A DNA stretch of 64,000 bases. Source: Brevundimonas sp. (GTDB lineage Bacteria > Pseudomonadota > Alphaproteobacteria > Caulobacterales > Caulobacteraceae). The number at the start of each line of letters is the position of its first letter. The first letter of the stretch is position 1. The DNA is taken from assembly GCF_041688735.1 (NCBI RefSeq), contig NZ_JBDNHO010000094.1, positions 2,796 through 66,795 on the forward strand. Direction: 5' to 3'. The translations under genes were made by a program, and so were the position numbers. Under the pieces are notes generated by a model. It ran no database searches. It saw only the letters and a list, made by a program, of their open reading frames with translations, and was not told the DNA's origin. This document shows, piece after piece, positions 50,461-60,199 of this stretch.

Positions 50461-51921
50461 ATGACTACCGAGGCCGAAGACCGTCCCGTGATCCTGTGGT
50501 TTCGCCAGGATCTGCGCCTCGCCGATAATCCCGCCCTGTCCCACGCCGTCGAGACCGGACGATCGATCGTGCCGGTCTACATCCTCGACCAAGGCGCGGT
50601 GGCGCGTCCGATGGGATCCGCGTCGCTCTGGTGGCTCGACAAGTCGCTTCGCGCGCTCGCCGCGTCCCTCGAGGCGCGAGGATCCCGGCTGATCCTGCGG
50701 CGCGGCGACAGCGAATCTGAATTGCGCCGTCTGATCGACGAGACCGGTGCCGGTGCGGTCTTCATGAACCGCCTGTTCGAGCCCGATGCTTTCTCGAGAG
50801 ACGCCGACGTCGCCCATGCCCTGCGAGCCGAAGGTGTCGAGTGCAAGGGCTACAACGGCGCGCTGCTGGCGCGTCCGGGCTCCGTGCTTAATGGCTCGGG
50901 CGGCCCATACAAGGTCTTCACGCCCTTCCTGAAGGCGCTTCTGGCCTCCACCACCCCCGCACCTGCCCTGTCGTCGCCCACCGTGATCGATACGCCTGTC
51001 GGCCTCGCCTCCGATGCCATCGACGACTGGGCGCTTCATCCCAACCGACCCGACTGGTCCGGCGACGTCGACTGGATGCCGGGAGAGACCGGCGCGAGCC
51101 GGTCCCTTTCCATCTTCCTGTCCGGTGGGTTGAAGTCTTACTCGAAGGGTCGCGACGTCCCGGCCGAAGCCGCGACCAGCCGCCTGTCGCCCCACCTCCA
51201 TTTCGGCGAGATCGGTCCTTGGCGAGCGATCGAACAGGCGCGCCGCGCCGGCGACGATGGCCGCGTCCCGGCCGCAGAGGTCGATAAATTCGTCGCCGAG
51301 ATAGGCTGGCGCGAGTTTTCCGCTCACCTGCTGCATGCCTTCCCCCGGATGACCGACGCCGCCTTCCGACCGGAATACGACGCCATGCCGTGGCGAGACG
51401 ACCCGCAGAGCCTCGAGGCTTGGAAGCGCGGCCGGACCGGCTATCCCATCGTCGACGCTGGCATGCGCGAGCTCTGGAAGACCGGCTATATGCACAACCG
51501 GGTGCGGATGATCGTTGCCTCCTTCCTCATCAAACACCTGCTGATCGACTGGCGGGAGGGTGAACTCTGGTTCTGGGATATGCTCGTTGATGCAGATCTC
51601 GCGTCGAATGTGCAGAATTGGCAGTGGGTCGCGGGATCCGGTGCGGATGCATCACCGTATTTCCGCATATTCAACCCGATCACACAGGGACAGAAATTCG
51701 ATGCCGACGGTCGTTATGTCCGCCGCTGGATACCAGAGCTCAGCCGCGTCCCGGATCGCTGGCTCCATGAGCCTTGGAACGCGCCGCCTGAAGTCCTGCG
51801 GGACGCAGGCGTTCGTCTGGGTCAGGACTATGCTCGACCGCTCGTCGAACACAGCTCTGCTCGAGAGCGAGCGCTCGGCGCGCTCAAGACCGTCAGCGCC
51901 GCTCGCCCCGACGGGGATTGA
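50461..51921 (+). CDS. phr: Deoxyribodipyrimidine (CPD) photolyase
   Basis: [18 protein letters not shown]-terminus and the FAD-binding C-terminus [20 protein letters not shown]. The ATG at 50461 is preferred. Confidence 0.92.
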   Translation: MTTEAEDRPVILWFRQDLRLADNPALSHAVETGRSIVPVYILDQGAVARPMGSASLWWLDKSLRALAASLEARGSRLILRRGDSESELRRLIDETGAGAVFMNRLFEPDAFSRDADVAHALRAEGVECKGYNGALLARPGSVLNGSGGPYKVFTPFLKALLASTTPAPALSSPTVIDTPVGLASDAIDDWALHPNRPDWSGDVDWMPGETGASRSLSIFLSGGLKSYSKGRDVPAEAATSRLSPHLHFGEIGPWRAIEQARRAGDDGRVPAAEVDKFVAEIGWREFSAHLLHAFPRMTDAAFRPEYDAMPWRDDPQSLEAWKRGRTGYPIVDAGMRELWKTGYMHNRVRMIVASFLIKHLLIDWREGELWFWDMLVDADLASNVQNWQWVAGSGADASPYFRIFNPITQGQKFDADGRYVRRWIPELSRVPDRWLHEPWNAPPEVLRDAGVRLGQDYARPLVEHSSARERALGALKTVSAARPDGD

Positions 51922-51954
51922 CCGGCATTCCACTTTCCCGGCAGGATTCGGCTC

Positions 51955-53175
51955 ATGAGCTCCGTCACGGCAGAGAGCAATATCGCCGCCCCCCGCACGC
52001 CGCCGGTGTTCGCCCTGCTGCTACGCCTGTTGCGCGACAACTGGACCTGGGGCCGCCTGACCCTGACCCTGCCCAACGGCGAGGTGCACCAACTGAACGG
52101 CGCGACGCCTGGCCCGGCCGCCGTGATGAACGTCATCGACTACCGCTTCGCCCGACGCGTACTCGCCAACGGCGACATCGGCTATGCCGAGGGCTATGTG
52201 GCCGGCGAGTGGGACAGCCCCCACCTGGCAGTCCTGCTGGAGACGCTGGCCAACAATTACGACCACATCCGGCGCCTGTTCGACGGCAATGCTGTGATGC
52301 TCGCCTTCAACTGGATGTCGCACAAGTTCAAGCGAAACAGCCGCCGCGGCTCGAAGAAGAACATCCACGCCCACTATGACCTGGGCAACGCCTTCTATCG
52401 CGCGTGGCTGGACGGGACGATGACCTATTCCTCGGCCCGGTTCGAAAGGCCCGACGAGGCCCTTGAGGCCGCCCAGGACCGCAAATACGCCACTTTGGCC
52501 CGCCTCATCGGCCTTGAACGCGGTCACACCGTGCTGGAGATCGGCTGTGGCTGGGGTGGTTTCGCCGAATATGCCGCGCGCGAGGTCGGGGCCCATGTCA
52601 CCGGCATCACCATTTCGCAGGAACAGCACGACCTTGCCCGCCAGAGGCTTTTCAACGCCGGCCTGTCGGATCGGACCTCAATCCAGATGGTCGACTACCG
52701 CGACGTCGCGGGCCGCTTCGACAGGGTTGTGTCGATCGAGATGTTTGAGGCCGTGGGCAAGGAATACTGGGCGGCCTATTTTGACAAGATCACCGCCGTC
52801 CTGAAACCCGGCGGGCGGGCCGGCCTTCAGATCATCACCATCCAGGATGCCCTGTTCGAAGAGTACAACGCCCGCACCGACTTCATCCAGAAATACATCT
52901 TCCCCGGCGGCATGCTGCCGTCCGAGGGACAGCTTCAGCCCGTAGTCGAGCAGGCCGGCCTGAGCTGGGACGCGGTCGAACGCTTCGGCCAGGACTATGC
53001 CGACACCCTGCATCGCTGGGACGAGCGTTTTCAGGCATCGTGGCCTGACATCCGCAAGATGGGCGGCTTCGACGAACGCTTCCGCCGCCTGTGGCGCTTC
53101 TACCTCTCCTATTGCGAGGCCGGGTTCCGGTCCGCGCGGACCGATGTGATCCAGCTGGCCCTTACTCGCGCCTAA
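51955..53175 (+). CDS. cfa: Cyclopropane-fatty-acyl-phospholipid synthase family SAM-dependent methyltransferase
   Basis: HYDLGNAFYRAWLD...VLEIGCGWGGFA...YLSYCEAGF, the CMAS family signature. Confidence 0.88.
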   Translation: MSSVTAESNIAAPRTPPVFALLLRLLRDNWTWGRLTLTLPNGEVHQLNGATPGPAAVMNVIDYRFARRVLANGDIGYAEGYVAGEWDSPHLAVLLETLANNYDHIRRLFDGNAVMLAFNWMSHKFKRNSRRGSKKNIHAHYDLGNAFYRAWLDGTMTYSSARFERPDEALEAAQDRKYATLARLIGLERGHTVLEIGCGWGGFAEYAAREVGAHVTGITISQEQHDLARQRLFNAGLSDRTSIQMVDYRDVAGRFDRVVSIEMFEAVGKEYWAAYFDKITAVLKPGGRAGLQIITIQDALFEEYNARTDFIQKYIFPGGMLPSEGQLQPVVEQAGLSWDAVERFGQDYADTLHRWDERFQASWPDIRKMGGFDERFRRLWRFYLSYCEAGFRSARTDVIQLALTRA

Positions 53176-54724
53176 CCGCGCCCAAGGTCTCCCGGCAGGC
53201 GTCGGCGTCTTCGACCAGGGCCTGCCGCCGCGAGGCGTCCCAGCGGTCCAGCGTGCGGTAGGGCATGGCAAGCCGCGGATTTCCGGAGAGGCGGTGCCGG
53301 TTGCGCTCAAGGAACCCCCAGTACAGCCGGTTGAACGGACAGGCCGCCTCGCCGTCCCTGGCTTTCACGTCGTACTGACAGCCCGCGCAATAGTTGCTCA
53401 TGCGGTTGATGTAGGCCCCGGACGCGGCATAGGGCTTGGTCCCCATGATGCCCCCGTCGGCGAATGTCGCCATGCCGCGGGTGTTCGGCATCTCGACCCA
53501 TTCATAGGCGTCGGCATAGACCGCCAGGTACCAATCATCGACCGCGTCCGGATGCACGCCCAACAACATGGCCAGGTTGCCGGTCACCATCAGGCGCTGA
53601 ATGTGATGCGCATAGGCATGGTCCCGCGTCGATCCGACCGCATCGGCCACGCAGGCCATGTCCGTGTCGCCTGACCAGTAGAATCCGGGTAACTGCCGGT
53701 CCGCGTCCAGTGCGTTTCGGGCCCCGTATTCCGGCATCTTCAACCAGTAGATTCCGCGCACGAACTCGCGCCATCCGAGGATCTGGCGAACGAAGCCCTC
53801 CACCGAGTTCAACGGGGCCCGTCCGGCGCGATACTCGGCCTCCGCGCGACGGCACACGTCCAGAGGGTCGAGCAAGCCGAGATTCAGCGAGGTCGAGATA
53901 AGCCCATGCCACATCCACGGCTGTCCCGCCGCCATGGCATCCTGCCACGTGCCGAAGGCCGGCAGCGCTTCGGTCAGAAAAGCGTCCAGCGCCGCCTCGG
54001 CCTCTTCAGCCGTCGTCGGCCAACCGAATGCAACCAGAGTGCCAAAATGGCCGCCGAACAGCCGTTCGACGTCCGCCATCACCTCGCGCGTCACAGCGTC
54101 CGGCTTCGTCCTCTGTCGGGAAGGCGGGATCACACCCTTTGTCAAACCTGACCGGTTCTCCTTGTCGTAATTCCATTGCCCACCGACCGGGTTCTTGCCG
54201 TCCATGAGCAGGCCGGTCTCACGTCGCATCTCCCGATAGAAGAACTCCAACGTCAGCTGCCTCTTGTCCGTCGCCCAACGCCGGAAGCGCTCGTGAGAGC
54301 AGATGAAGCGATCATCCTGCCGCTCCTCGACCTGCACGCCGACCGTCGCCTGGAACGCACTCAGCGCCGCGGCCAGACGCCATTCGCCGCATTCCGTCAG
54401 CACCACCTGGCTAAACGCCTGATCGGCCAGCGCGCGATGCAGTTCTCCGACGATCGATCCGCTGTTGTCCGGGTCGTCGATCCGCACATAGCGAACCGTC
54501 ACCCCCCGCCGCTCCAGACGCGCCGCGAATTTGCGCATGGCGGAGAACACGAGGGTCAGCTTCTGCTTGTGGTGCTTTACGTAGGTGGCCTCGTCGCGGA
54601 CCTCGGCCATCAGCACCGTGTCCTCGGCCGGTTTCAGATCGCGTAACGCTGACAGTCCATCGGACAGCTGATCGCCCAGCACCAATCGCAGGGTTCCGGC
54701 GACTTGCATGCTAGGTTGCGTCAT
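53162..54724 (-). CDS. Fe-S cluster-containing cryptochrome/photolyase family protein (FeS-BCP, (6-4) photolyase / CryB-like)
   Basis: LRLVLGDQLS N-terminus. Cys pattern C...CxxC-x13-C (MAC...YCAGCQYDVKARDGEAAC), as in the 4Fe-4S CryB/PhrB group. The start could be 54724 or 54709. Confidence 0.88.
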   Translation of the reverse strand: MTQPSMQVAGTLRLVLGDQLSDGLSALRDLKPAEDTVLMAEVRDEATYVKHHKQKLTLVFSAMRKFAARLERRGVTVRYVRIDDPDNSGSIVGELHRALADQAFSQVVLTECGEWRLAAALSAFQATVGVQVEERQDDRFICSHERFRRWATDKRQLTLEFFYREMRRETGLLMDGKNPVGGQWNYDKENRSGLTKGVIPPSRQRTKPDAVTREVMADVERLFGGHFGTLVAFGWPTTAEEAEAALDAFLTEALPAFGTWQDAMAAGQPWMWHGLISTSLNLGLLDPLDVCRRAEAEYRAGRAPLNSVEGFVRQILGWREFVRGIYWLKMPEYGARNALDADRQLPGFYWSGDTDMACVADAVGSTRDHAYAHHIQRLMVTGNLAMLLGVHPDAVDDWYLAVYADAYEWVEMPNTRGMATFADGGIMGTKPYAASGAYINRMSNYCAGCQYDVKARDGEAACPFNRLYWGFLERNRHRLSGNPRLAMPYRTLDRWDASRRQALVEDADACRETLGAVRRE

Positions 54725-55556
54725 GAACCGCCTCTCTCCCTTGATCTCGACCGCACACCTTGCCGCCCACCTCGGCGACCCGTCCATCAAGGTTCTTGAC
54801 GCCAGCTGGCACCTGGATGGGCGCGACCCGCGCGTGGATTTTATCAGGGGGCGTATCCCGAATGCATCCTTCTTCGACCTCGAAGCCGTGTCGGATCAAG
54901 TGAGCGACTTGCCGCACATGCTGCCAATCCCCGCCGACTTCGCGGAGCAGATGGGTCGGCTGGGCGTCGCCGAAAACGACTGCATCGTTGTCTATGACAC
55001 CATTGGCGTCCGGTCCTCGGCGCGGGCCTGGTGGATGTTGCGCGCCATGGGCGCCCGCGACGTCCGTGTGCTCGACGGCGGCCTGCCAAGTTGGCTCGCG
55101 GAGGACCGGATGGTCGTGTCGGGCCCGGCGGCACCATTGACTCCCGCGACCTTTGTGCCGTTCGCCCGGCCCGAGTTGGTCGCCAATCTCGACGCCGTCC
55201 GCGTCGCCCTGCAGGAGGGAGACCAGGTGCTGGACGCCCGCGCCGCCGACCGGTTCACGGGCCGGGCCGCCGAGCCGAGGGCGGGACTGCGAGCGGGCCA
55301 TATGCCCGGAGCCCTGAACCTGCCCTTCCCGGACGTGCTGAATGCCGATGGGACGATGAAACAGGGCGAGGCACTGGCGCAGGTCTTCCGCTCGACCGGA
55401 GTTGATCTGGACCGGCCGGTCTTGACCACGTGCGGCTCCGGCGTAACCGCCGCCGTCCTCAGCCTGGCGCTGGCCGCGCTCGGCCGCGACAGCCGCCTTT
55501 ATGACGGAAGTTGGGCGGAATGGGGCGGACGGGCGGATACGCCGGTCGCTATTTGA
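54723..55556 (+). CDS. sseA: 3-mercaptopyruvate sulfurtransferase (tandem rhodanese)
   Basis: Two rhodanese domains and the active-site loop TTCGSGVTAA. The start could be 54723 or 54708. Confidence 0.85.
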   Translation: MNRLSPLISTAHLAAHLGDPSIKVLDASWHLDGRDPRVDFIRGRIPNASFFDLEAVSDQVSDLPHMLPIPADFAEQMGRLGVAENDCIVVYDTIGVRSSARAWWMLRAMGARDVRVLDGGLPSWLAEDRMVVSGPAAPLTPATFVPFARPELVANLDAVRVALQEGDQVLDARAADRFTGRAAEPRAGLRAGHMPGALNLPFPDVLNADGTMKQGEALAQVFRSTGVDLDRPVLTTCGSGVTAAVLSLALAALGRDSRLYDGSWAEWGGRADTPVAI

Positions 55557-56841
55557 CCGGCGGTGCCTTGTAGATATCGACGTCGATCTCGTTCTCCCAG
55601 CGTCCGATAATGGTCGCCACGGCCAGGTCGCTGACCACATTGGCCACCGTCCGGGTCATGTCGAGAATGCGGTCGAACGGCAGGATGAAGCCGACCATCA
55701 GCGCGGTCTGGGCCGGGCTGACCCCGATGACCTGCAGCACCGCCGCCAGCATGAACAGCGAGGCCGACGGCACCGGTGCCGTGCCGATCGACACCAGCAC
55801 CGTGATCAAGCCGATCAACAGATAGTCGGACACAGTGAGGTCGATGCCGAAGGCCTGGGCGGCGAAAGAGGCCAACAGGGCGATATAGAGGGCCGTACCG
55901 TCCATCGAGATCGTCACCCCCAGCGGCAGGACCGTCGAGAACACCGGCTTCTTGATGCCGAGGTTGGCCTCCGCCACCGCCATGGAGACCGGCAGGGTGG
56001 CCGAGGAGGATGAGGTCGAGAACGCCACCAGCCCGGCGTCGGTGACGCCGCGGAAGAAGGGCAGCGCCGGCAGTCGGGCCAGCAGCTTGATCAGTCCGCC
56101 GTGCACAATCAGCACCTGCAGGCTACAGCCCGCGATCACGCAGAAGGCCAGCAGCGCGACATTGACGAAGGTCGCAGGCCCGGTGGTGCCCATCACCCAG
56201 GCGATCAGGGCGAAGACGCCGAACGGGGCGATCTCCATGACGAAATTCACCACCCGGAGCATGGCCTCGGCCGCCGCGTGGAAGGCCCCCGCCAGCGGTT
56301 CGCCCTTGGCCCCGACGGTGAGCAGTCCGGCACCAAAGATCAGGGCAAAAAAGATCACGGACAGCACCTGGCCCTCGGCCAGGGCGTTGATCGGATTGGT
56401 CGGCACGATCGATTCCAGCAGGCCAGAGAACGGCTGGGCCGCCTCCAACTCGCGCGGCACGGCGCCGGCGAAGTCCACGCCCAGACCAGGCTGAACGAGG
56501 GCACCCAAGATCAAACCGATGATGATCGCAATCGCGGTCGTCAGCACATAGAGGAACATGGTTTTCAGCCCCAGCGAGCCCAGCCGCTTCGGATCCTCCA
56601 GGCTGAGCACGCCCGAGACGATAGTGGCGAACACCAGCGGGATTACGATCATCTGGATCAGGCGCACGAACAGGTCGCCGATCCATTTGATCTGCACCGC
56701 CCCCTCACCCCAGATCAGGCCCGCGATCGCGCCGAGTACCAGGGCGGCGAGGATGCGTTTCCAAAGCTTGATGCCGAACCAGTAGCGGTAGAGCGGCCCG
56801 CGCGGACGGTCCTCGGCGGCGGCGTCGCTGTCCAAGGTCAT
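55549..56841 (-). CDS. Dicarboxylate/amino acid:cation symporter (DAACS / SDF family)
   Basis: About 430 aa, polytopic, with MIVIPLVFATIVSG and SSSATLP motifs. Confidence 0.88.
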   Translation of the reverse strand: MTLDSDAAAEDRPRGPLYRYWFGIKLWKRILAALVLGAIAGLIWGEGAVQIKWIGDLFVRLIQMIVIPLVFATIVSGVLSLEDPKRLGSLGLKTMFLYVLTTAIAIIIGLILGALVQPGLGVDFAGAVPRELEAAQPFSGLLESIVPTNPINALAEGQVLSVIFFALIFGAGLLTVGAKGEPLAGAFHAAAEAMLRVVNFVMEIAPFGVFALIAWVMGTTGPATFVNVALLAFCVIAGCSLQVLIVHGGLIKLLARLPALPFFRGVTDAGLVAFSTSSSSATLPVSMAVAEANLGIKKPVFSTVLPLGVTISMDGTALYIALLASFAAQAFGIDLTVSDYLLIGLITVLVSIGTAPVPSASLFMLAAVLQVIGVSPAQTALMVGFILPFDRILDMTRTVANVVSDLAVATIIGRWENEIDVDIYKAPPVK

Positions 56842-56944
56842 TGAGGCTTCCCGTAACGTTAAGCGGCGGACCCTGCCCCCGGCTGATTCGACCACGTTAT
56901 CGGCTGACAGCCCAGCTCGCCAGTGGGCTGTCTCGTCCGGACTT

Positions 56945-58084
56945 CTATCGAATCGGCAGGGCGTACATCAGGCCGCCCGGCCGAGCATTCCATTGTGCGT
57001 TAAGCCCACGAGCCAGGTCGAGAGAAGAATCGTCGCCTATGTTGCGGGCGAAGATTTCGCCGTAGTTGCCTCGCGCCTCGATCGCCTTCAGCCCCCAATC
57101 CTTCCTTAGCCCCATCTGGGCCCCCAGTTCGCCCTCGACCCCCAGCAGCCGCCTCACTCGCGGGTCGCGGGACTCTTCGGCCAGGTCCCCGGCGTTGTCG
57201 GCCGTGACGCCAAGCTCCTCACCGAGGATCACGGCGTTCAGCGTCCAGCGCACGATGGAGGTCCAGACCTCGTCGCCTCGCTTGACCGCCGGCCCCAGAG
57301 CTTCCTTGGAGATAACGTCGGACAGGATGACGTGCTGCTCCGGATTCGACAGCGTCGTCCGCGTCGCCGCCAACGCGCCGATGTCGGCGCTCAGCGCGTC
57401 GCAGTCCCCGCGCGCATAGGCCCGGCGCGCCGCCTCCTCATCGTCCGCGATCACGGGCTTGTATTGGATGCCTCGCGCCTGAAAGAAATCGCCGACGTTC
57501 ATTTCCGACGTCGATGCCCGCTGCACGCAGACCCGCGCCCCGTTCAGCTCGGACGCACTGGCCAGGTCCAGCGAACGGCGGACCAGAAAGCCCTGCCCGT
57601 CATAGTAGTTGACACCCGCGAACCGGATGCCCTCCGTCGCCTCGCGCGACATTGTCCAGGAGGTCGCGCGCCACAGCACGTCGACCCGGCCGCTTCTCAG
57701 AGCTTGGAAACGCTGGCTGTTGGTGAGGGGCACGAAGCGCACGGCGTTCGCATCACCCAGCACGGCACCCGCGAGAGCCCGGCAGAAATCCACGTCGAAG
57801 CCGCGCCATTCGCCCCGGTTGTCAGTGTAGGCGAACCCCACCAAGCCTTCGTGAACACCGCAGTTCAACCGGCCGCGACGCTTGATTGCCGCCAGGGTCG
57901 GGCTGGCGAAATCCGGCGCGGCCGCATCGGTCTGGGCCTCGTTCTCGACGCCTGGCTCGACCCTTGGCTCGACGTCGCCTTCATCTCGGCCCTGCCCGCA
58001 TCCGGCCAGTCCCCAGAGTAGCGCGAGCGTCAAGCCAGTGGACGCCAGTTGCCTGCCTGATTGCCGTGCCTTGCCTGCTCGCAT
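56945..58084 (-). CDS. AapJ/BztA-like general L-amino-acid ABC transporter substrate-binding lipoprotein
   Basis: Lipobox LAGC, with the body closely resembling AapJ (NCGVHEGLVGFAY...FAGVNYYDGQGFLV...GNYGEIFARN). Confidence 0.88.
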   Translation of the reverse strand: MRAGKARQSGRQLASTGLTLALLWGLAGCGQGRDEGDVEPRVEPGVENEAQTDAAAPDFASPTLAAIKRRGRLNCGVHEGLVGFAYTDNRGEWRGFDVDFCRALAGAVLGDANAVRFVPLTNSQRFQALRSGRVDVLWRATSWTMSREATEGIRFAGVNYYDGQGFLVRRSLDLASASELNGARVCVQRASTSEMNVGDFFQARGIQYKPVIADDEEAARRAYARGDCDALSADIGALAATRTTLSNPEQHVILSDVISKEALGPAVKRGDEVWTSIVRWTLNAVILGEELGVTADNAGDLAEESRDPRVRRLLGVEGELGAQMGLRKDWGLKAIEARGNYGEIFARNIGDDSSLDLARGLNAQWNARPGGLMYALPIR

Positions 58085-58169
58085 TCCGCGCCTCGCGTCA
58101 TCTTGCCGGACCCCGCTGGTATCAGCCTTAGAGGCTTTCGGAGGCTGAGCCGCAAGCCCACGGACGGCG

Positions 58170-58246
58170 TGGCGCGCCCTGCAGGACTCGAACCTGCAAC
58201 CGCTCGCTTAGAAGGCGAGTGCTCTATCCGGTTGAGCTAAGGGCGC
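58170..58246 (-). tRNA. tRNA-Arg (anticodon TCT)
   Basis: The reverse complement folds as a cloverleaf: acceptor GCGCCCT/AGGGCGC, anticodon stem CTCGC/GCGAG with loop CTTCTAA, T-loop TTCGAGT, and an encoded CCA. Confidence 0.92.
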
Positions 58247-58300
58247 CCGTAAGCCTCGGCTCAAGTAGCGCAAGGTGCGGCAGCCGCAAACATGGGATGG

Positions 58301-58606
58301 TCAGTGCGTCCAGGGTTGTTTGCGGAAGGTGGCGAAATTGTCGGCATAGGCCTTGATGATAACTGGCGGCTCCTGCGGCTTGTGCAGGCGGAACGGGATG
58401 CCGTGACGCTCCGCATAGGCCACCGCTTCGTCCTGGGAGTCGAAACTCAGCCGCACCTGTCCGTTCATGTCGCTGGAGCTGGTCCAACCCATCAGCGGAT
58501 CGATGGAGCGCGCCGAAGCCGGCTCGAACTCCAGCCGCCAGCCTCTGGACGAGGCCTTGCCGGACTGCATCGCTGTTTTGGCGGGGCAATAGATGCGGGC
58601 GAGCAT
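58301..58606 (-). CDS. ETC complex I NDUFS4-like (NADH-ubiquinone oxidoreductase 18 kDa subunit family) protein
   Basis: 101 aa with ARIYCPAKTAMQSGKA...W.LEF...DPLMGWTSS motifs. Confidence 0.85.
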   Translation of the reverse strand: MLARIYCPAKTAMQSGKASSRGWRLEFEPASARSIDPLMGWTSSSDMNGQVRLSFDSQDEAVAYAERHGIPFRLHKPQEPPVIIKAYADNFATFRKQPWTH

Positions 58607-58776
58607 GATGGACCTCGGGCGACAACGGACCGGGAGGCCGCGTGCCGATCAAATAGCGTCCGGTCCGCGCGGGGTCCAGCGGCGGCGCCCGACTTCCCGT
58701 CCGGGGGATTGCGTGAAATCAAGGACGTGGGGGCGGTCGGGTCTCAGGACGGCCGAGTTCAGCAAAGGGAATCGCC

Positions 58777-59149
58777 GTGGTCACCCCGTTTCAGCGCTTC
58801 AGTCCACGCCAACTTTCAGCGGCCTGTCGAACGCCCTTCATTGGCTGATGCTGATCCTGCCGGCGGCCGTCTGCACCTGCATCGCGCTGCGCGAACTCTA
58901 CCCTCGCGGCAGAGAGTCCGCGAGGGGCCCAAGACCTGGCATTTCGTGCCTGGCTTGTCGGTCTTCACCCTCGTCTGGATCCGACGGGCGGCGACGAACG
59001 AGGGGCTGGCCGAACAGATTGAGGATTTGCACAAGACGATCGGCGAGGTCGGACACCGGCTGATCGGGCTGAATGCCGCAGCACCCCTGTTCCATCATGT
59101 CGTGCTCCGCGACGGGACTGTTCGGCTTATGCCGCCCGGCCGGCGCTGA
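58777..59149 (+). pseudogene. Degraded cytochrome b561 (CybB-family) gene
   Basis: Family-like pieces are spread over all three frames: FQRFSPRQLS, then ALHWLMLILPAAVCTCIALRELYPRG, then WHFVPGLSVFTLVWIRR and LHKTIGEVGHRLIGLNAAAPLFHHVVLRDGTVRLMP. It spans about 370 nt against roughly 540 expected. Confidence 0.65.
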
Positions 59150-59164
59150 CCGGCGATACCGCTT

Positions 59165-59558
59165 ATGAGCCGCCTCGAACGCCATCCGGAACGCCACCTC
59201 GTCGCCCGCATAGGCTGGCTGCGCCGCAGTTCTGTGCGCCAACGACGGCCTCGTCGCTATGGCCGGCCTGGTGGCCGGGGCGATGTCGTTGGCTGCGGGC
59301 GAATATGTCTCGGTCAGTTCCCAGTCCGACACCGAAAAGGCCGACCTTTCCCCTGATCGTGCTTCTAATGCCACCGATGAACGGGCTGATGATCTGGGTC
59401 GGCGTCATCGCCCTGGCCGGCCTGATGGGGCTCGGCGCCTCGGGGCTATGGCGGGCGGCGCCAATGTACCCCGCTCAGTGTTGCCCGTGGCCTATTGGGG
59501 GGTGATCGCCATGGTCGCCGTTGCGGGCATCGGTCGGCTTTTCGGGGCCGTGATATAG
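59165..59558 (+). pseudogene. Degraded VIT1/CCC1-family (iron/manganese transporter) gene
   Basis: MSRLERHPERHLVARIGWLR, then a frameshift to AVLCANDGLVAMAGLVAGAMSLAAGEYVSVSSQSDTEKADL, then further shifts to PLIVLLMPP..GLMIWVGVIALAGLMGLGASG and WGVIAMVAVAGIGRLFG. It spans about 390 nt against roughly 690 expected. Confidence 0.7.
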
Positions 59559-59567
59559 CGGTCACAC

Positions 59568-59644
<77 letters not shown>

Positions 59645-59697
59645 ATCCAGAGGCGGCCTATTGCCACGCGCCGCCCTCGACCGCAACGCGCCTCGTC

Positions 59698-60180
59698 CTA
59701 TTCCGCGAAGAAAGGATGACCGACCCTGTCGCCGGCCTTGGCACCGATCTCCGCCGCGCGCCCAGCCCGCAACTCCAGCACGCCGCTGGCGGGTCCATTG
59801 GAGGGGATAATGTCATCGGATTGCGGCTTGGCGTTAGGAGCGATCGAGACGATCCTGCCGCGCGGGTCGATGTAGATAATGTCCAGCGAACTGGGCGTGT
59901 TGTGCATCCAGAAACCGCGCTCGGTCACGTCCGGAAACTGGAACAGCATGCCGCGGTCGTCGGGCAGCGGATCGCGGAACATCAGCCCGCGCTGGCGCTC
60001 GGTCTCGTCGTCGGCGATCTCGACCATGAATTTATGCTCGCCCGACGCCGTGGTGACGGTCAGCGCCTCCAGAGGTTCGCCGTTGGGTCCGGTCTGTCCG
60101 CCCGCGACCGCGCAACCGGCCACAATGAACAAACCGGCGATGCCGACGAGAATAGCGCGACGCGTGGACATGACAGTCAC
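59698..60180 (-). CDS. DUF192 domain-containing lipoprotein
   Basis: Lipobox IVAGC, with the core [20 protein letters not shown]...FWMHNT typical of DUF192 (COG1430). Confidence 0.85.
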   Translation of the reverse strand: MTVMSTRRAILVGIAGLFIVAGCAVAGGQTGPNGEPLEALTVTTASGEHKFMVEIADDETERQRGLMFRDPLPDDRGMLFQFPDVTERGFWMHNTPSSLDIIYIDPRGRIVSIAPNAKPQSDDIIPSNGPASGVLELRAGRAAEIGAKAGDRVGHPFFAE

Positions 60181-60199
60181 CCTGTTTAGGACGGACTGA

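Noticed and set aside
51922-51954. Sigma70-like TTGACC ... CAGGAT upstream of cfa.
   Set aside because: The putative -10 lies only about 10 nt from the ATG and the match is poor. It cannot be distinguished from chance without TSS data.
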